A DNA stretch of 64,000 nucleotides from an uncultured Chloroflexota bacterium (GTDB taxonomy: Bacteria > Chloroflexota > Dehalococcoidia > GIF9 > AB-539-J10), in the NCBI GenBank assembly GCA_903884455.1, contig CAISEW010000041.1, positions 17,335 to 81,334 of the forward strand, given 5' to 3'. The notes beneath the pieces are model-generated. The model was given only the letters and a program-made list of their open reading frames with translations, was not told the DNA's origin and searched no databases. Positions 1-9,400 of this stretch are shown piece by piece. Positions within the stretch are counted from its first letter, which is position 1, and every line of letters begins with the position of its first letter. Made by a program: the position numbers and the translations under genes.

Positions 1-492
1 AGCCCTTTTGATTGCTTTCTCAATGAGTATCTGAGCATCTTCGGTTGTTCTAGTGGCTGATATGTGAGATGCCAGCAAGTACCTTGATTTCGCATCTATG
101 ACATCCCAAAACCAGACATTGCGATTCCCCACGTTTACTCCAGTCTCATTGGCAAGCCAGACATTGCCTACTTTCGGTTTGAAATCCTTTGCCTTTACAA
201 TAGCCTCTTTGGTGAATCGTACTATCCATTTATAGATTGCTGGCTCTGATAAATGCTTGTCGTACTCTTGCTTTAGCTGTGTTTGTATGGCATCAATAGG
301 CATACCGCCATAGTACATATTGAGCACAGAGCCTATCTCGTTAATAGGTGTTTTCATCTTAGGTAAGGTGTCTAGCTCTGTAAACTTACGCTGGCAATCT
401 TTACACCAGTAACGCTGGATGCCCTGAAAAGTGCCAAACTTAATTATGTTCGGTGATTGACAGTATTTGCATATCGGCTGCTCATTTTCCAT
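1..492 (-). mobile_element. IS6/IS1-like DDE transposase, N-terminal part (runs off window edge)
   Basis: Manual translation from ATG at 492: MENEQPICKYCQSPNIIKFGTFQGIQRYWCKDCQRKF (CxxC..CxxC zinc ribbon), an HTH-like region, then VGNVWLANETGVNVGNRNVWFWDVIDAKSRYLLASHISATRT, typical of IS6-type DDE cores. Not in the ORF track because it is truncated. Confidence 0.8.
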
Positions 493-1099
493 GTCTAGCC
501 TCTCTATCATTCCTTATCTCCTCAACCAGCTTCTCGATGCTCTTTGTTAATCGGCTTATGTCTTCACTGTTTTGCTTGGCGTTGTCACTTAATGCCTTGT
601 TGCTCGCAATCAACTTATCTAGTTTTGCGTTTATATCTCTTTCGAAACGTACTTCGTGGCTATGCTGATATATTTTCCAGTACATCCAAATGACAAATAT
701 CACCGTTAATGCTATGTAGTACTGCATATGAGTTCTCGAATCCAAATCCAATAGCTGCCAAAAACTGTATTGCGGGTAGGTCTGACCATACTCCTGAATA
801 GCTTGCAATCTCTGAACAAGTGTGACCAATGCGTAGCCGTAAAATACAGGGTCAATAAGAACGATGGCGGTAGATTCCCACCACCACACAGCGGATACTT
901 TGTGCCTATTCCACCATTCTTGGCGTCTCTGACGAAGGCGAATAAAGAATCCACGTTGGGATAACCATTTGTAGAACATCGTGCCAAGCTTGTAAACAAG
1001 CGAAAAGAAACCAAAGAACACGGCTGCAAAGCCCAACGTGATAAGTATGAGCATAAGGGCGCCAAGAATGACGTTTGGAATATTGATGCCCGATTCCAT
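482..1099 (-). CDS. hypothetical membrane protein with C-terminal coiled coil, overlapping the transposase start
   Basis: 205-aa ORF with about 3 hydrophobic segments; 11-nt overlap with the transposase; TGnTAAAAT just upstream of the ATG. Confidence 0.6.
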   Translation of the reverse strand: MESGINIPNVILGALMLILITLGFAAVFFGFFSLVYKLGTMFYKWLSQRGFFIRLRQRRQEWWNRHKVSAVWWWESTAIVLIDPVFYGYALVTLVQRLQAIQEYGQTYPQYSFWQLLDLDSRTHMQYYIALTVIFVIWMYWKIYQHSHEVRFERDINAKLDKLIASNKALSDNAKQNSEDISRLTKSIEKLVEEIRNDREARHGK

Positions 1100-1195
1100 A
1101 ATTCTATTTTAGCATCCTGCCAACCACGAGTATACTTAACCGATGATTTACAATTAAAGTGGAATGCTTTATAATCCAAGATTTATAATCAAGAT

Positions 1196-1354
1196 ATGAG
1201 AGTGCATGCATTACACGGGTGGGAGGTGCGCGTTGCCCGGGCAAGGGAAATACAATTGAGCCTGGCGAAAAAGGTGGTAACTGAAAACGAAGTTATTAAC
1301 CTACCCCATTCTGTTGATGGTCAAGGGATGGCTCATCCCAGGAGGTTTAACTAA
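1196..1354 (+). pseudogene. internally deleted nfi duplicate forming a 52-aa mini-ORF coupled to hppA
   Basis: MRVHALHGWEVRVARAREIQLSLAKKVVTENEVINLPHSVDGQGMAHPRRFN* matches the Nfi N-terminus and the DGQGIAHPRR motif of 3917..4618; its TAA overlaps the hppA ATG (TAATG). Confidence 0.85.
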
Positions 1355-3666
1355 TGAATATAACACTGTTTGAAGTCTTCCGTACTGGCGTTGCCACTGA
1401 CTTTGAAAGGTATGCTTTAATCGCTGTCCTAGTAGTGGCTGTATGTGGTTTACTTTATGCCGCTTTTCTTAACCGCCAGATCATGAGGGAGCCGGAGGGG
1501 ACGGAAAAAATGAAGCGTCTATCCATGGCTATCCGCACTGGCGGCAATGCTTATCTTAGGCGGCAGTTCCGCACTATACTCGTGATTTTCTTTGTCTTAG
1601 CAGTGTTTGTATTTTTCACCGGGTGGTTTTCTCCATCAAAATACAACCCCAACTGGGTTATCGGTCTGGGTCGCGCTGGTGGCTTCTTGATAGGTGCTCT
1701 ATTCTCTGCCCTGGTAGGTTACCTGGGTATGAATATGGCGATGCGAGGCAATGTCAGGGTGGCTCAAGCTGCCCGCAGCAGTTTTGCCAAGGCTCTCAAG
1801 ATAGGCTATCGCACCGGCACTGTAACCGGCATGCTCACCGACGGTCTTGGGCTTCTCGGTGGCACTGTACTCTTCATTATCTTCTTTAAGGATGCTCCCT
1901 TGGTGCTAATAGGCTTTGGTTTCGGCGGCACGCTACTTGCCCTGTTTATGCGTGTTGGTGGTGGCATTTATACCAAAGCTGCTGATGTTGGGGCTGACCT
2001 GGTGGGTAAGGTAGAAAAGGGTATCCCTGAGGATGACCCCCGAAATGCCGCGGTGATTGCTGACCAGGTTGGCGATAACGTAGGTGACTGTGCCGGAATG
2101 GCAGCCGATATCTTTGAGTCTTACGAAGTTACCATTGTTGCTGCTTTAATCTTAGGGATTTTGCTAACCATTGCCACTGGCGCCCTTTACTGGATTATCT
2201 TGCCGCTTTTGATACGGGCTTGCGGCGTTCTGGGTTCCATTATTAGCACCTATACGGTTGGGCGTGGTAAGGGGGAGAATGCGATGGATGCTATACACCG
2301 TGCTTACTGGCTCGGTGCGGCAATCACTTGTGTATCTGCCTTCCTTTTTGCCCATTTTTACTGCCACGACCTTCGTTTCTTCTGGGTGATAATGATAGGT
2401 GTATTCTTAGCCATAGCCACAAACTATATCGCCGATTACTACACTGGAGACAGACATGCCCCAGTAAAGGAAATCGCCAAATCAACCAAAACTGGACCAG
2501 CTACTGTCATCCTCTCCGGGTTTGGCTGGGGATTTGAGAGCACTGTTATGGCTATACTTGCTATTGCATTAGCCATCTTAGGCTCAGCAATCGTGTGGCG
2601 GAATGGTATCCCCGGTTTCGACATGATATCAGGCATGCCAGCAAGTTTACTCTGCATATTCTACGGCGTAGCTCTTTGCGGCATTGGTCTACTTACCTTG
2701 ACCGGCAACAATATTGCCATGGATACCTTTGGTCCCGTGGTTGATAATGCCAATGGCATCGGGGAAATGGCAAAGCTCGAACCTGAGACTCGCCAGACTT
2801 TGAATGACCTGGATGCGGTAGGCAACACTACCAAGGCTATCACCAAGTGCATTGCTATCGCTTCGGCAGTCCTGGCAGCAGTGGCTCTATTTGCTGCCTT
2901 CTACGCCGACTATCAGCTTAAAACAATTGACTTAATTCAGTGGAAGGTCTTCGTTGCCTTCCTTATCGGGGGTGCCATACCGTTTCTGTTCAGTTCTCTC
3001 ACCATTAGAGCTGTGGGTAGAGCGGCACATGAGATTATAAATGAGGTGCGTTACCAGTTTGCCAATGTTAAAGGAGTCTGGGAAGGCACAGTTGACCCTG
3101 ACTATGCTAGGGTGGTTTCTATTTGCACTGGAGCGGCTCAGAGAGAGTTGATCACTCCGGCACTTTTGGCTGTCCTTTCACCCATAGCCATAGGCTTACT
3201 CCTTGGCCTGGAAGCGCTGGCAGGATTCCTGGCAGGGGTGATACTGGTGGGGCAACTCCTGGCAGTATATATGGCAAATACGGGGAATGCCTGGGACAAT
3301 GCCAAGAAGTCCATTGAAGACGGGTTATACGGTGGCAAAGGCTCCGAGGCGCACAAGGCAGCGGTGATAGGCGATACCGTAGGTGACCCGCTTAAAGACA
3401 CCGCCGGGCCAGCTTTGAACCCGCTGATTAAAGTCATTAACCTGGTTTCGGTCCTTGCTGCCGCACTGATGGTGGTAGTAGTGAACGGTCAAATTGTGCC
3501 GCGGGGACTCACACCGGTTACCGTCAGCGTAGCGGTGGCAGCGATTATAGTCATACTTGTAGCCGTCTGGCGTTCGAGGAAAGAGGAATCCTTCGGTCGC
3601 GAATACGAAACAATGGAAGGGGTTTCCACAACGAATCCAGGAAAACAGGGCCCGCCCAACAAATGA
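1354..3666 (+). CDS. hppA: membrane-bound H+-translocating pyrophosphatase, K+-independent type
   Basis: Motifs GGGIYTKAADVGADLVGKVE, DDPRN, GDNVGDCAGMAAD, GDTVGDPLKDTAGP; GNTTKA carries the Lys signature of K+-independent enzymes. Confidence 0.95.
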   Translation: MNITLFEVFRTGVATDFERYALIAVLVVAVCGLLYAAFLNRQIMREPEGTEKMKRLSMAIRTGGNAYLRRQFRTILVIFFVLAVFVFFTGWFSPSKYNPNWVIGLGRAGGFLIGALFSALVGYLGMNMAMRGNVRVAQAARSSFAKALKIGYRTGTVTGMLTDGLGLLGGTVLFIIFFKDAPLVLIGFGFGGTLLALFMRVGGGIYTKAADVGADLVGKVEKGIPEDDPRNAAVIADQVGDNVGDCAGMAADIFESYEVTIVAALILGILLTIATGALYWIILPLLIRACGVLGSIISTYTVGRGKGENAMDAIHRAYWLGAAITCVSAFLFAHFYCHDLRFFWVIMIGVFLAIATNYIADYYTGDRHAPVKEIAKSTKTGPATVILSGFGWGFESTVMAILAIALAILGSAIVWRNGIPGFDMISGMPASLLCIFYGVALCGIGLLTLTGNNIAMDTFGPVVDNANGIGEMAKLEPETRQTLNDLDAVGNTTKAITKCIAIASAVLAAVALFAAFYADYQLKTIDLIQWKVFVAFLIGGAIPFLFSSLTIRAVGRAAHEIINEVRYQFANVKGVWEGTVDPDYARVVSICTGAAQRELITPALLAVLSPIAIGLLLGLEALAGFLAGVILVGQLLAVYMANTGNAWDNAKKSIEDGLYGGKGSEAHKAAVIGDTVGDPLKDTAGPALNPLIKVINLVSVLAAALMVVVVNGQIVPRGLTPVTVSVAVAAIIVILVAVWRSRKEESFGREYETMEGVSTTNPGKQGPPNK

Positions 3667-3916
3667 AAGCTAAGGGGCCGTAATACTAGATGATGTAACG
3701 CTCCCTCGGGCTTGGTTTCTATCACTCACAGGAAGCGTAGAAGCGTACCTGGATACTCTCCCTGGTGGGGGTTTAGAGGGGGAAATTTCACAAGGTTTCA
3801 CCTCGGCTATTCCTCTCCCTTGGAAGGACAGGAATTCTATACAAAGCCATGGGAAAGACTATAAATTGTTGTTTTCGAGCTTTGTCATAAAGTAGCAATG
3901 CTTTATAATAAGCTGT

Positions 3917-4618
3917 ATGGTAGTGCACAAATTACACGACTGGGAGGTGAGCGTTGCCCGAGCGAGGGAAATACAATTGAGCCTGGCGAAAAGGGTGGTA
4001 ACTGAAAACGAAGTTATTAACCCACACCTCGTTGCCGGTATTGACATATCTTCTCCTGATGCTCAGGGCGTAGCCAGAGGAGCAGTGGTAGTTCTCCGTT
4101 ACCCCGAGTTTAGCATGGTCGAGGTAAAGGTAGTGGAAGGTAAGATTACATTTCCCTATATTCCTGGTCTATTGTCTTTTCGAGAAAGTCCCTTGATTCT
4201 GGCTGCCTGTGAAAAAATAAATAATACTCCCGACCTTATTCTGATTGATGGTCAAGGGATTGCTCATCCCAGGAGATTGGGGCTCGCCTCACATGTGGGA
4301 CTCTTTCTCGATTTGCCTACTATAGGCTGTGCAAAATCTATCCTTTGTGGCCAGCATCGGCCTGTGGGAGAAGAGGCTGGCTCTCATGCTGAACTGCTTG
4401 ATAATGGGGAGCTTGTTGGAGCAGCGTTAAGGACTAAATCTGGAGTGAGGCCAATATATGTTTCTGTGGGTCATAAAATTGACCTGGCATCGGCTTTACA
4501 ATGGGTGATAAAGTGCTGCCGTGGTTATAGACTTCCTGAACCTACCCGCTTGGCTCACCTTGCTGCCGGAGGAATGTTGACCTCCGAACCGAGCTGCCAA
4601 GGGAAATTATTTAATTAA
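3917..4618 (+). CDS. nfi: endonuclease V
   Basis: AGIDIS, FPYIPGLLSFRE, DGQGIAHPRRLGLASH, IGCAKS and RLPEPTRLAH motifs. Confidence 0.95.
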   Translation: MVVHKLHDWEVSVARAREIQLSLAKRVVTENEVINPHLVAGIDISSPDAQGVARGAVVVLRYPEFSMVEVKVVEGKITFPYIPGLLSFRESPLILAACEKINNTPDLILIDGQGIAHPRRLGLASHVGLFLDLPTIGCAKSILCGQHRPVGEEAGSHAELLDNGELVGAALRTKSGVRPIYVSVGHKIDLASALQWVIKCCRGYRLPEPTRLAHLAAGGMLTSEPSCQGKLFN

Positions 4619-4630
4619 GGAGTATTTCAG

Positions 4631-5729
4631 ATGCAAGAAGAGAAAGAAAACCTAGAAGCCTTGCTTCGCCAAATCTCAGACATCATGGTGCATCTTTGAC
4701 GTCCCGGGCAGGGAAAAAGAAATTGCCAGGATAGAGGCAGAGTCAGCCCAACCTGATTTTTGGCGTGACCCGGCTAAAGCTCAAGCTATCATGCGGGAGC
4801 TCAGGGGCCAGAAGAATCTAGCCAATGTTTGGCGCGGGCTGGAGAAGAAAGCCACCGATCTGCTGGAAATGATTGTTCTAGCTATTGGGGAGGAAGATTA
4901 CTCTCTTAAGGAAGAGATACAACTGGAACTAAAAAAGCTGAGCTCTCGGTTTGAACAGTTGGAGAGCCAGCAGCTTTTTACTGGCGATTACGATAGTCGA
5001 AATGCCATGCTTGCCTTTCATGCTGGTGCTGGTGGCACAGAGTCTCAGGATTGGGCAAACATGTTGCTCAGGATGTACTTGAGGTGGGCAGAGCGGCATG
5101 ATTATGAAGCTGAAGTCTTAGATGTCTCCCCGGGAGAAGAGGCTGGTATCAAAAGTGCTATCGTGGAGATTAAGGGGGATTATGTCTATGGCTATCTCAA
5201 AAGTGAGCATGGGGTACACAGATTGGTACGGCTGTCCCCCTTTGATGCTGACCATGCTCGCCACACATCTTTTGTCCTGGTGGAAGTCCTCCCTGAAGCT
5301 GAAGAGACGGTGGATGTCAAAATAAACCCGGAAGACTTGAGAATAGATACTTTCAGATCCAGTGGTCCTGGCGGGCAACATATGCAGAAGACAAGCAGCG
5401 CTGTCAGGATAACTCACTTACCTACAGGGCTGGTAGCTACTTGCCAAGGTCAGAGGTCTCAGCACCAAAACAAGGAAGCTGCGTTGAAAGTCCTTTATTC
5501 TCGCCTCCTAGAACTTGACCGCAAGAAGAAAGAGGAGGAGAGAGCCAAGATAAAAGGTGAGCGTATTGAAGCGAGTTGGGGAAATCAAATTAGAAGTTAT
5601 GTTCTTCACCCCTACAAAATGGTGAAGGATCACCGCACCGATTATGAGGTTCACGATGCCGAAGCTGTGTTAGATGGAGAACTAGATGGATTTATCACTG
5701 ACTACCTTCGGTCTAGAGTAGGGGAATGA
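4631..5729 (+). CDS. prfB: peptide chain release factor 2 with programmed +1 frameshift
   Basis: 22-codon ORF from ATG 4631 ends at CTT TGA C (4694-4700); the +1 frame continues DVPGREKE...DFW and contains SPF and GGQ motifs. Confidence 0.95.
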
Positions 5730-6964
5730 TTAGACGCATTGCTTTATTAACTTGGGCGCTTCTCATGCTTTTAAGCCCCTCCCTCGTCGCAGCCCAGGTT
5801 GGTATTACAGTTACAGCTAGCAATGTGGATGTGAGTTTCCCAAGCCAGGCTGTGTTCACTGTTAATGCTGAAAGCTATGTTGATATCGTTGATGTCCGTC
5901 TTTATTACCAGGTGAATAAGATGAACTACGCTGAAGTTGTCAGTGAGGGTTGGGCTGATTTTACTCCAGCAAGCAAGGTAGAGGCTAATTGGACGTGGGA
6001 TATGACGAATGCCAGCTTGCCCCCTGGTGCTGAAGTCACATATTGGTGGAGGATTGAGGATGCTGCCGGGAACAAAATTGAGACCTCACCCAAGATAATG
6101 CATTTCGATGACGGTCGCTATACTTGGCAGAGCTTGACTGGTACCGTACCTCAGGATGGCGAGCTGACCCTTTTCTGGTATACAGGCAGCGATTCTTTCG
6201 CCCGAGAGTTGATGGATGCTTGTCAAGAAGGACTTGCCAGATTGACCCAGGATATTGGTACCTATCCAAAGAGGCCCATCAAGATATATATTTATGCCTC
6301 CGATAGTGATTTAAAGGGGGCTATGATTTCTTCTAACGAATGGAGTGGCGGCGTTGCCTTTACTGATTTTGGCATAATCGCTATTAGTATTTCACCGAGC
6401 GAACTTGATTGGGGCAAAAAGGCGCTGGTTCACGAGCTGACGCATCTTGTTGTTCGTCAGGCGACTTTTAGCCCCTATGGGCAGCTTCCTCTCTGGCTTG
6501 ACGAAGGATTAGCTATGTATAACGAGGGCGGGCTTGACCCTGTTCTTCGCTCCTATCTAGAAGAGGCTATTTTGAAAGATGAACTTATTTCTGTGCGCAG
6601 CCTGTGCAGTCCCTTTTCCGCTTACTCTGAAAAAGCTTACCTTTCCTATGCTGAAAGCTATAGCCTTGTGGAGTACCTTCTGGATAATTATGGACAGGAC
6701 AAGATGCTCGATTTATTAGCTCTTTTGAAGCAGGGTAATACCTATGATGAAGCTTTGACCGAAGTCTATGGTTTTGATATGGATGGTCTTGATGCTTGTT
6801 GGCGCGCAACGCTGACGAGCCCGGTAGTTCCAGCTCCAAGGACATCGCTACCTCCTGCTTTGATTGCTGTGTTAGCGGCATTAGCGACAACACTGACCTT
6901 ATGGGGTGCTCTGGCTCTGGAGAAGCGGACCTGGCGAAGGTCGTCTGGGAAATCAACCATGTAA
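5726..6964 (+). CDS. secreted, membrane-anchored peptidase MA family metallopeptidase
   Basis: Signal peptide, HELTH..PLWLDEGLA gluzincin motif, C-terminal TM helix. Confidence 0.8.
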   Translation: MIRRIALLTWALLMLLSPSLVAAQVGITVTASNVDVSFPSQAVFTVNAESYVDIVDVRLYYQVNKMNYAEVVSEGWADFTPASKVEANWTWDMTNASLPPGAEVTYWWRIEDAAGNKIETSPKIMHFDDGRYTWQSLTGTVPQDGELTLFWYTGSDSFARELMDACQEGLARLTQDIGTYPKRPIKIYIYASDSDLKGAMISSNEWSGGVAFTDFGIIAISISPSELDWGKKALVHELTHLVVRQATFSPYGQLPLWLDEGLAMYNEGGLDPVLRSYLEEAILKDELISVRSLCSPFSAYSEKAYLSYAESYSLVEYLLDNYGQDKMLDLLALLKQGNTYDEALTEVYGFDMDGLDACWRATLTSPVVPAPRTSLPPALIAVLAALATTLTLWGALALEKRTWRRSSGKSTM

Positions 6965-6972
6965 GATAAGCC

Positions 6973-7662
6973 ATGAAAGACTCTTTTACTGTTCACGATT
7001 TACCCCTCAGTGAGCGCCCCCGGGAGAGGCTGCTTAAGCTGGGTAGCGAAGCTCTTTCTGCCCAGGAAATTTTAGCCTTAATCCTGGGTCGAGGAATTAA
7101 AGGTGAGTCTGTCATGGTGACTAGCCAGAAGCTGTTAAGCCGATTTGGCAATCTCAAGGGCGTTGCCAATGCCTCTATGGAGGAGTTGACTCAGACGAGA
7201 GGTATTGGGCCAGCCAAGGCGGCGCAAATTAAAGCTGCCCTTGAATTAAGTAAAAGGCTGGAAGCCGATGCCGATGAGAACCCCAAGCCGATGCTCAAGT
7301 CCCCGGAGGATGTGGCTGCCGAGGTGAGGAGCCAGTTGAAAGGCAAGAAGAAGGAACATTTTTTGGTACTTTGCCTGGATACTAGAAACAGGTTAATAAA
7401 TTGCAAGCCAGTTTCCATAGGCAGTTTGGACACCAGCATCGTCCATCCCCGTGAAGTGTTTAAGGAGGCGATATCTTCCTGCGCCGCCTCGGTAATTTTT
7501 GCTCATAATCATCCTTCGGGTGACCCTGAGCCATCCAAAGAGGATGTTGAGCTAACCAAGCGGCTGGCTAAAGCTGGTGAAATCATAGGAATTGATGTCC
7601 TTGATCACATCATTGTCTGCGATAAAAGCTATTTAAGTCTGAAGGCTAGAAATTTGTTCTAA
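6973..7662 (+). CDS. radC: RadC family JAB-domain protein
   Basis: ERPRERL, GIGPAKA, VHPREVF, HNHPSGD and DHII motifs. Confidence 0.95.
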   Translation: MKDSFTVHDLPLSERPRERLLKLGSEALSAQEILALILGRGIKGESVMVTSQKLLSRFGNLKGVANASMEELTQTRGIGPAKAAQIKAALELSKRLEADADENPKPMLKSPEDVAAEVRSQLKGKKKEHFLVLCLDTRNRLINCKPVSIGSLDTSIVHPREVFKEAISSCAASVIFAHNHPSGDPEPSKEDVELTKRLAKAGEIIGIDVLDHIIVCDKSYLSLKARNLF

Positions 7663-7715
7663 ATCAATTTACTGCGGCTTAATTTCTGAGATATACTATT
7701 GGGCAAGCGAGTATC

Positions 7716-8831
7716 ATGAAAACTAGCGAAAGAAGCGAGGTTTTCTTTTTCCCCTATGATAGAGGCAGAGCTTTCCTCAGAGGGTTGAGGATTCTTTTCT
7801 CTAAAGTAGCCAATGTTGTTTCTACGGGTGATTCAGTAGCGGTGAAAGTTCATATGGGAGAATATGGCGGTAGTGCTTACCTTCGCCCGCCGATAGTGCG
7901 CCGAGTATGTGATTTGATTAAGGAAGCTGGGGGCAAACCGTTTGTCACGGATACCACTACTCTTTATCCCATGGGGAGATTCACTGCCAGCAAATATCTG
8001 TCTACAGCAGCCTACAATGGCTTTACCGAGGAATCGGTAGGAGCGCCTGTGGTTATCGCTGATGGAGAACGAGGCTATGACGGAGAGTGGGTGGATATTC
8101 CCAGGCAGGTTTCTGATTGCTCTTTAGATAAGATAAAGATAGCCAAGAAAATTTTCAATGCCGACTCTCTGATAGTTCTTTCTCATGTGAAAGGGCATGA
8201 TCTAGCTGGCTTTGGCGGCTCTATCAAGAATGTGGCTATGGGCTGTGTTACCAAGGAATCGAAGGCTGCTCAACATAGGGTAAATCGTGGTGTCATCGAC
8301 CTCTCTAAATGCACAGGTTGTGGACAATGCGTTGAAGCTTGCCCCTTCAAAGTTTTGTCGTTACTTGAGGAGAAAATGGTTCGTGACGAAGAGAAATGCA
8401 TGAATTGCAATAGTTGTCTTTATCTTTGCCCGGAGAGTGTTTATTCCATGCCTCCCCAGGCACAGGAAAGGTTTCAAGTTTCTCTAGCTCACGCTGCCAC
8501 GGGGGTGCTAAGCCGGTTTCACTCTAAAGTGGCTTTCATCAATTTCGTCCAGGATGTAACGCGATCGTGTGACTGTGTCGCGCCGTCAGGTTTTCCAGTA
8601 GTTCCCGATATTGGCATCCTCGCTTCCACAGATGTGGTAGCTATTGACAAGGCATCGTTGGACTTGATTGCTCAAAGCAAGCCCCTAGGCAAATTTGCTA
8701 GCATCAACTCTCCCGATATACTAGGCAAGATAAATGGGACGGATAGCCTGGTTCAAATAAGAACCGCCCAGGAGCTTGGCTTGGGCAACATGACATATGA
8801 GCTAAAAGAGCAAAATAAAAATGCAAAATGA
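7716..8831 (+). CDS. DUF362 family protein with 2x[4Fe-4S] ferredoxin domain
   Basis: KVHMGE, SHVKGH..FGGSIKN, CTGCGQC/CMNCNSC, CDC, DVVAIDKAS. Confidence 0.85.
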   Translation: MKTSERSEVFFFPYDRGRAFLRGLRILFSKVANVVSTGDSVAVKVHMGEYGGSAYLRPPIVRRVCDLIKEAGGKPFVTDTTTLYPMGRFTASKYLSTAAYNGFTEESVGAPVVIADGERGYDGEWVDIPRQVSDCSLDKIKIAKKIFNADSLIVLSHVKGHDLAGFGGSIKNVAMGCVTKESKAAQHRVNRGVIDLSKCTGCGQCVEACPFKVLSLLEEKMVRDEEKCMNCNSCLYLCPESVYSMPPQAQERFQVSLAHAATGVLSRFHSKVAFINFVQDVTRSCDCVAPSGFPVVPDIGILASTDVVAIDKASLDLIAQSKPLGKFASINSPDILGKINGTDSLVQIRTAQELGLGNMTYELKEQNKNAK

Positions 8832-8930
8832 CAAGGCAAAATTTCAAAATGGATTTAAGGGGCAAAGGAAGCAAATGGTTTTTGCATTTTAATTTGTAAT
8901 TTTGATTTTTTATCTTTGCTTTTTGATATT
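8810..8930. repeat. AT-rich imperfect inverted short-unit repeat (CAAAAT..ATTTTG)
   Basis: Repeated AAAATG/CAAAAT units followed by complementary TTTTGC/TTTTGA units. Confidence 0.5.
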
Positions 8931-8974
8931 CCTCTCAAGATTTAATCACTGTTTAGAACACTATACAGAGTAAT

Positions 8975-9400
8975 ATGGAAGATATTGACCTGGCTCGCTC
9001 TCTTTTGGAGGAAGAGAAATGGAATCTCGTTATAGTGAAGGGAGGGCAAGTTCTTTTCAGCTCCAGAGAGCGCGGAGTAGCCCCCTTTTTCCAGGCTGTT
9101 CAGAGTATGAGAAAGAGTTTACATAATGCTGCAGTGGCTGACCGCATCGTGGGCTTAGCTGTAGCTATGCTTTGCCTTCATGCCCGGATAGCCGCGGTGT
9201 ATGCTGTCATAGCAAGCCAGGGAGCACTTGACATGCTCAAGAAGAAAGGAGTGGCCGTTAGTAGTAAGAACACAGTTTCTCATATCTCTAACTATGATGG
9301 CACAGACTTGTGTCCTTTCGAGAAGCTGGCAGGAAGTTGCCAAAAGCCTTCTCAATTGTTGGCGGCGTTACAGTCTCTTTTTGCCGAAGGTGACCAGTGA
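8975..9400 (+). CDS. DUF1893 (TM1506-like) protein
   Basis: RGVAP, ADRIVGLA, ISN..G...CPFE motifs. Confidence 0.75.
   Translation: MEDIDLARSLLEEEKWNLVIVKGGQVLFSSRERGVAPFFQAVQSMRKSLHNAAVADRIVGLAVAMLCLHARIAAVYAVIASQGALDMLKKKGVAVSSKNTVSHISNYDGTDLCPFEKLAGSCQKPSQLLAALQSLFAEGDQ

Noticed and set aside
3670-3860. Possible ncRNA downstream of hppA
   Set aside because: Some GC-rich pairing but no family motif I can recognise; needs an Rfam search
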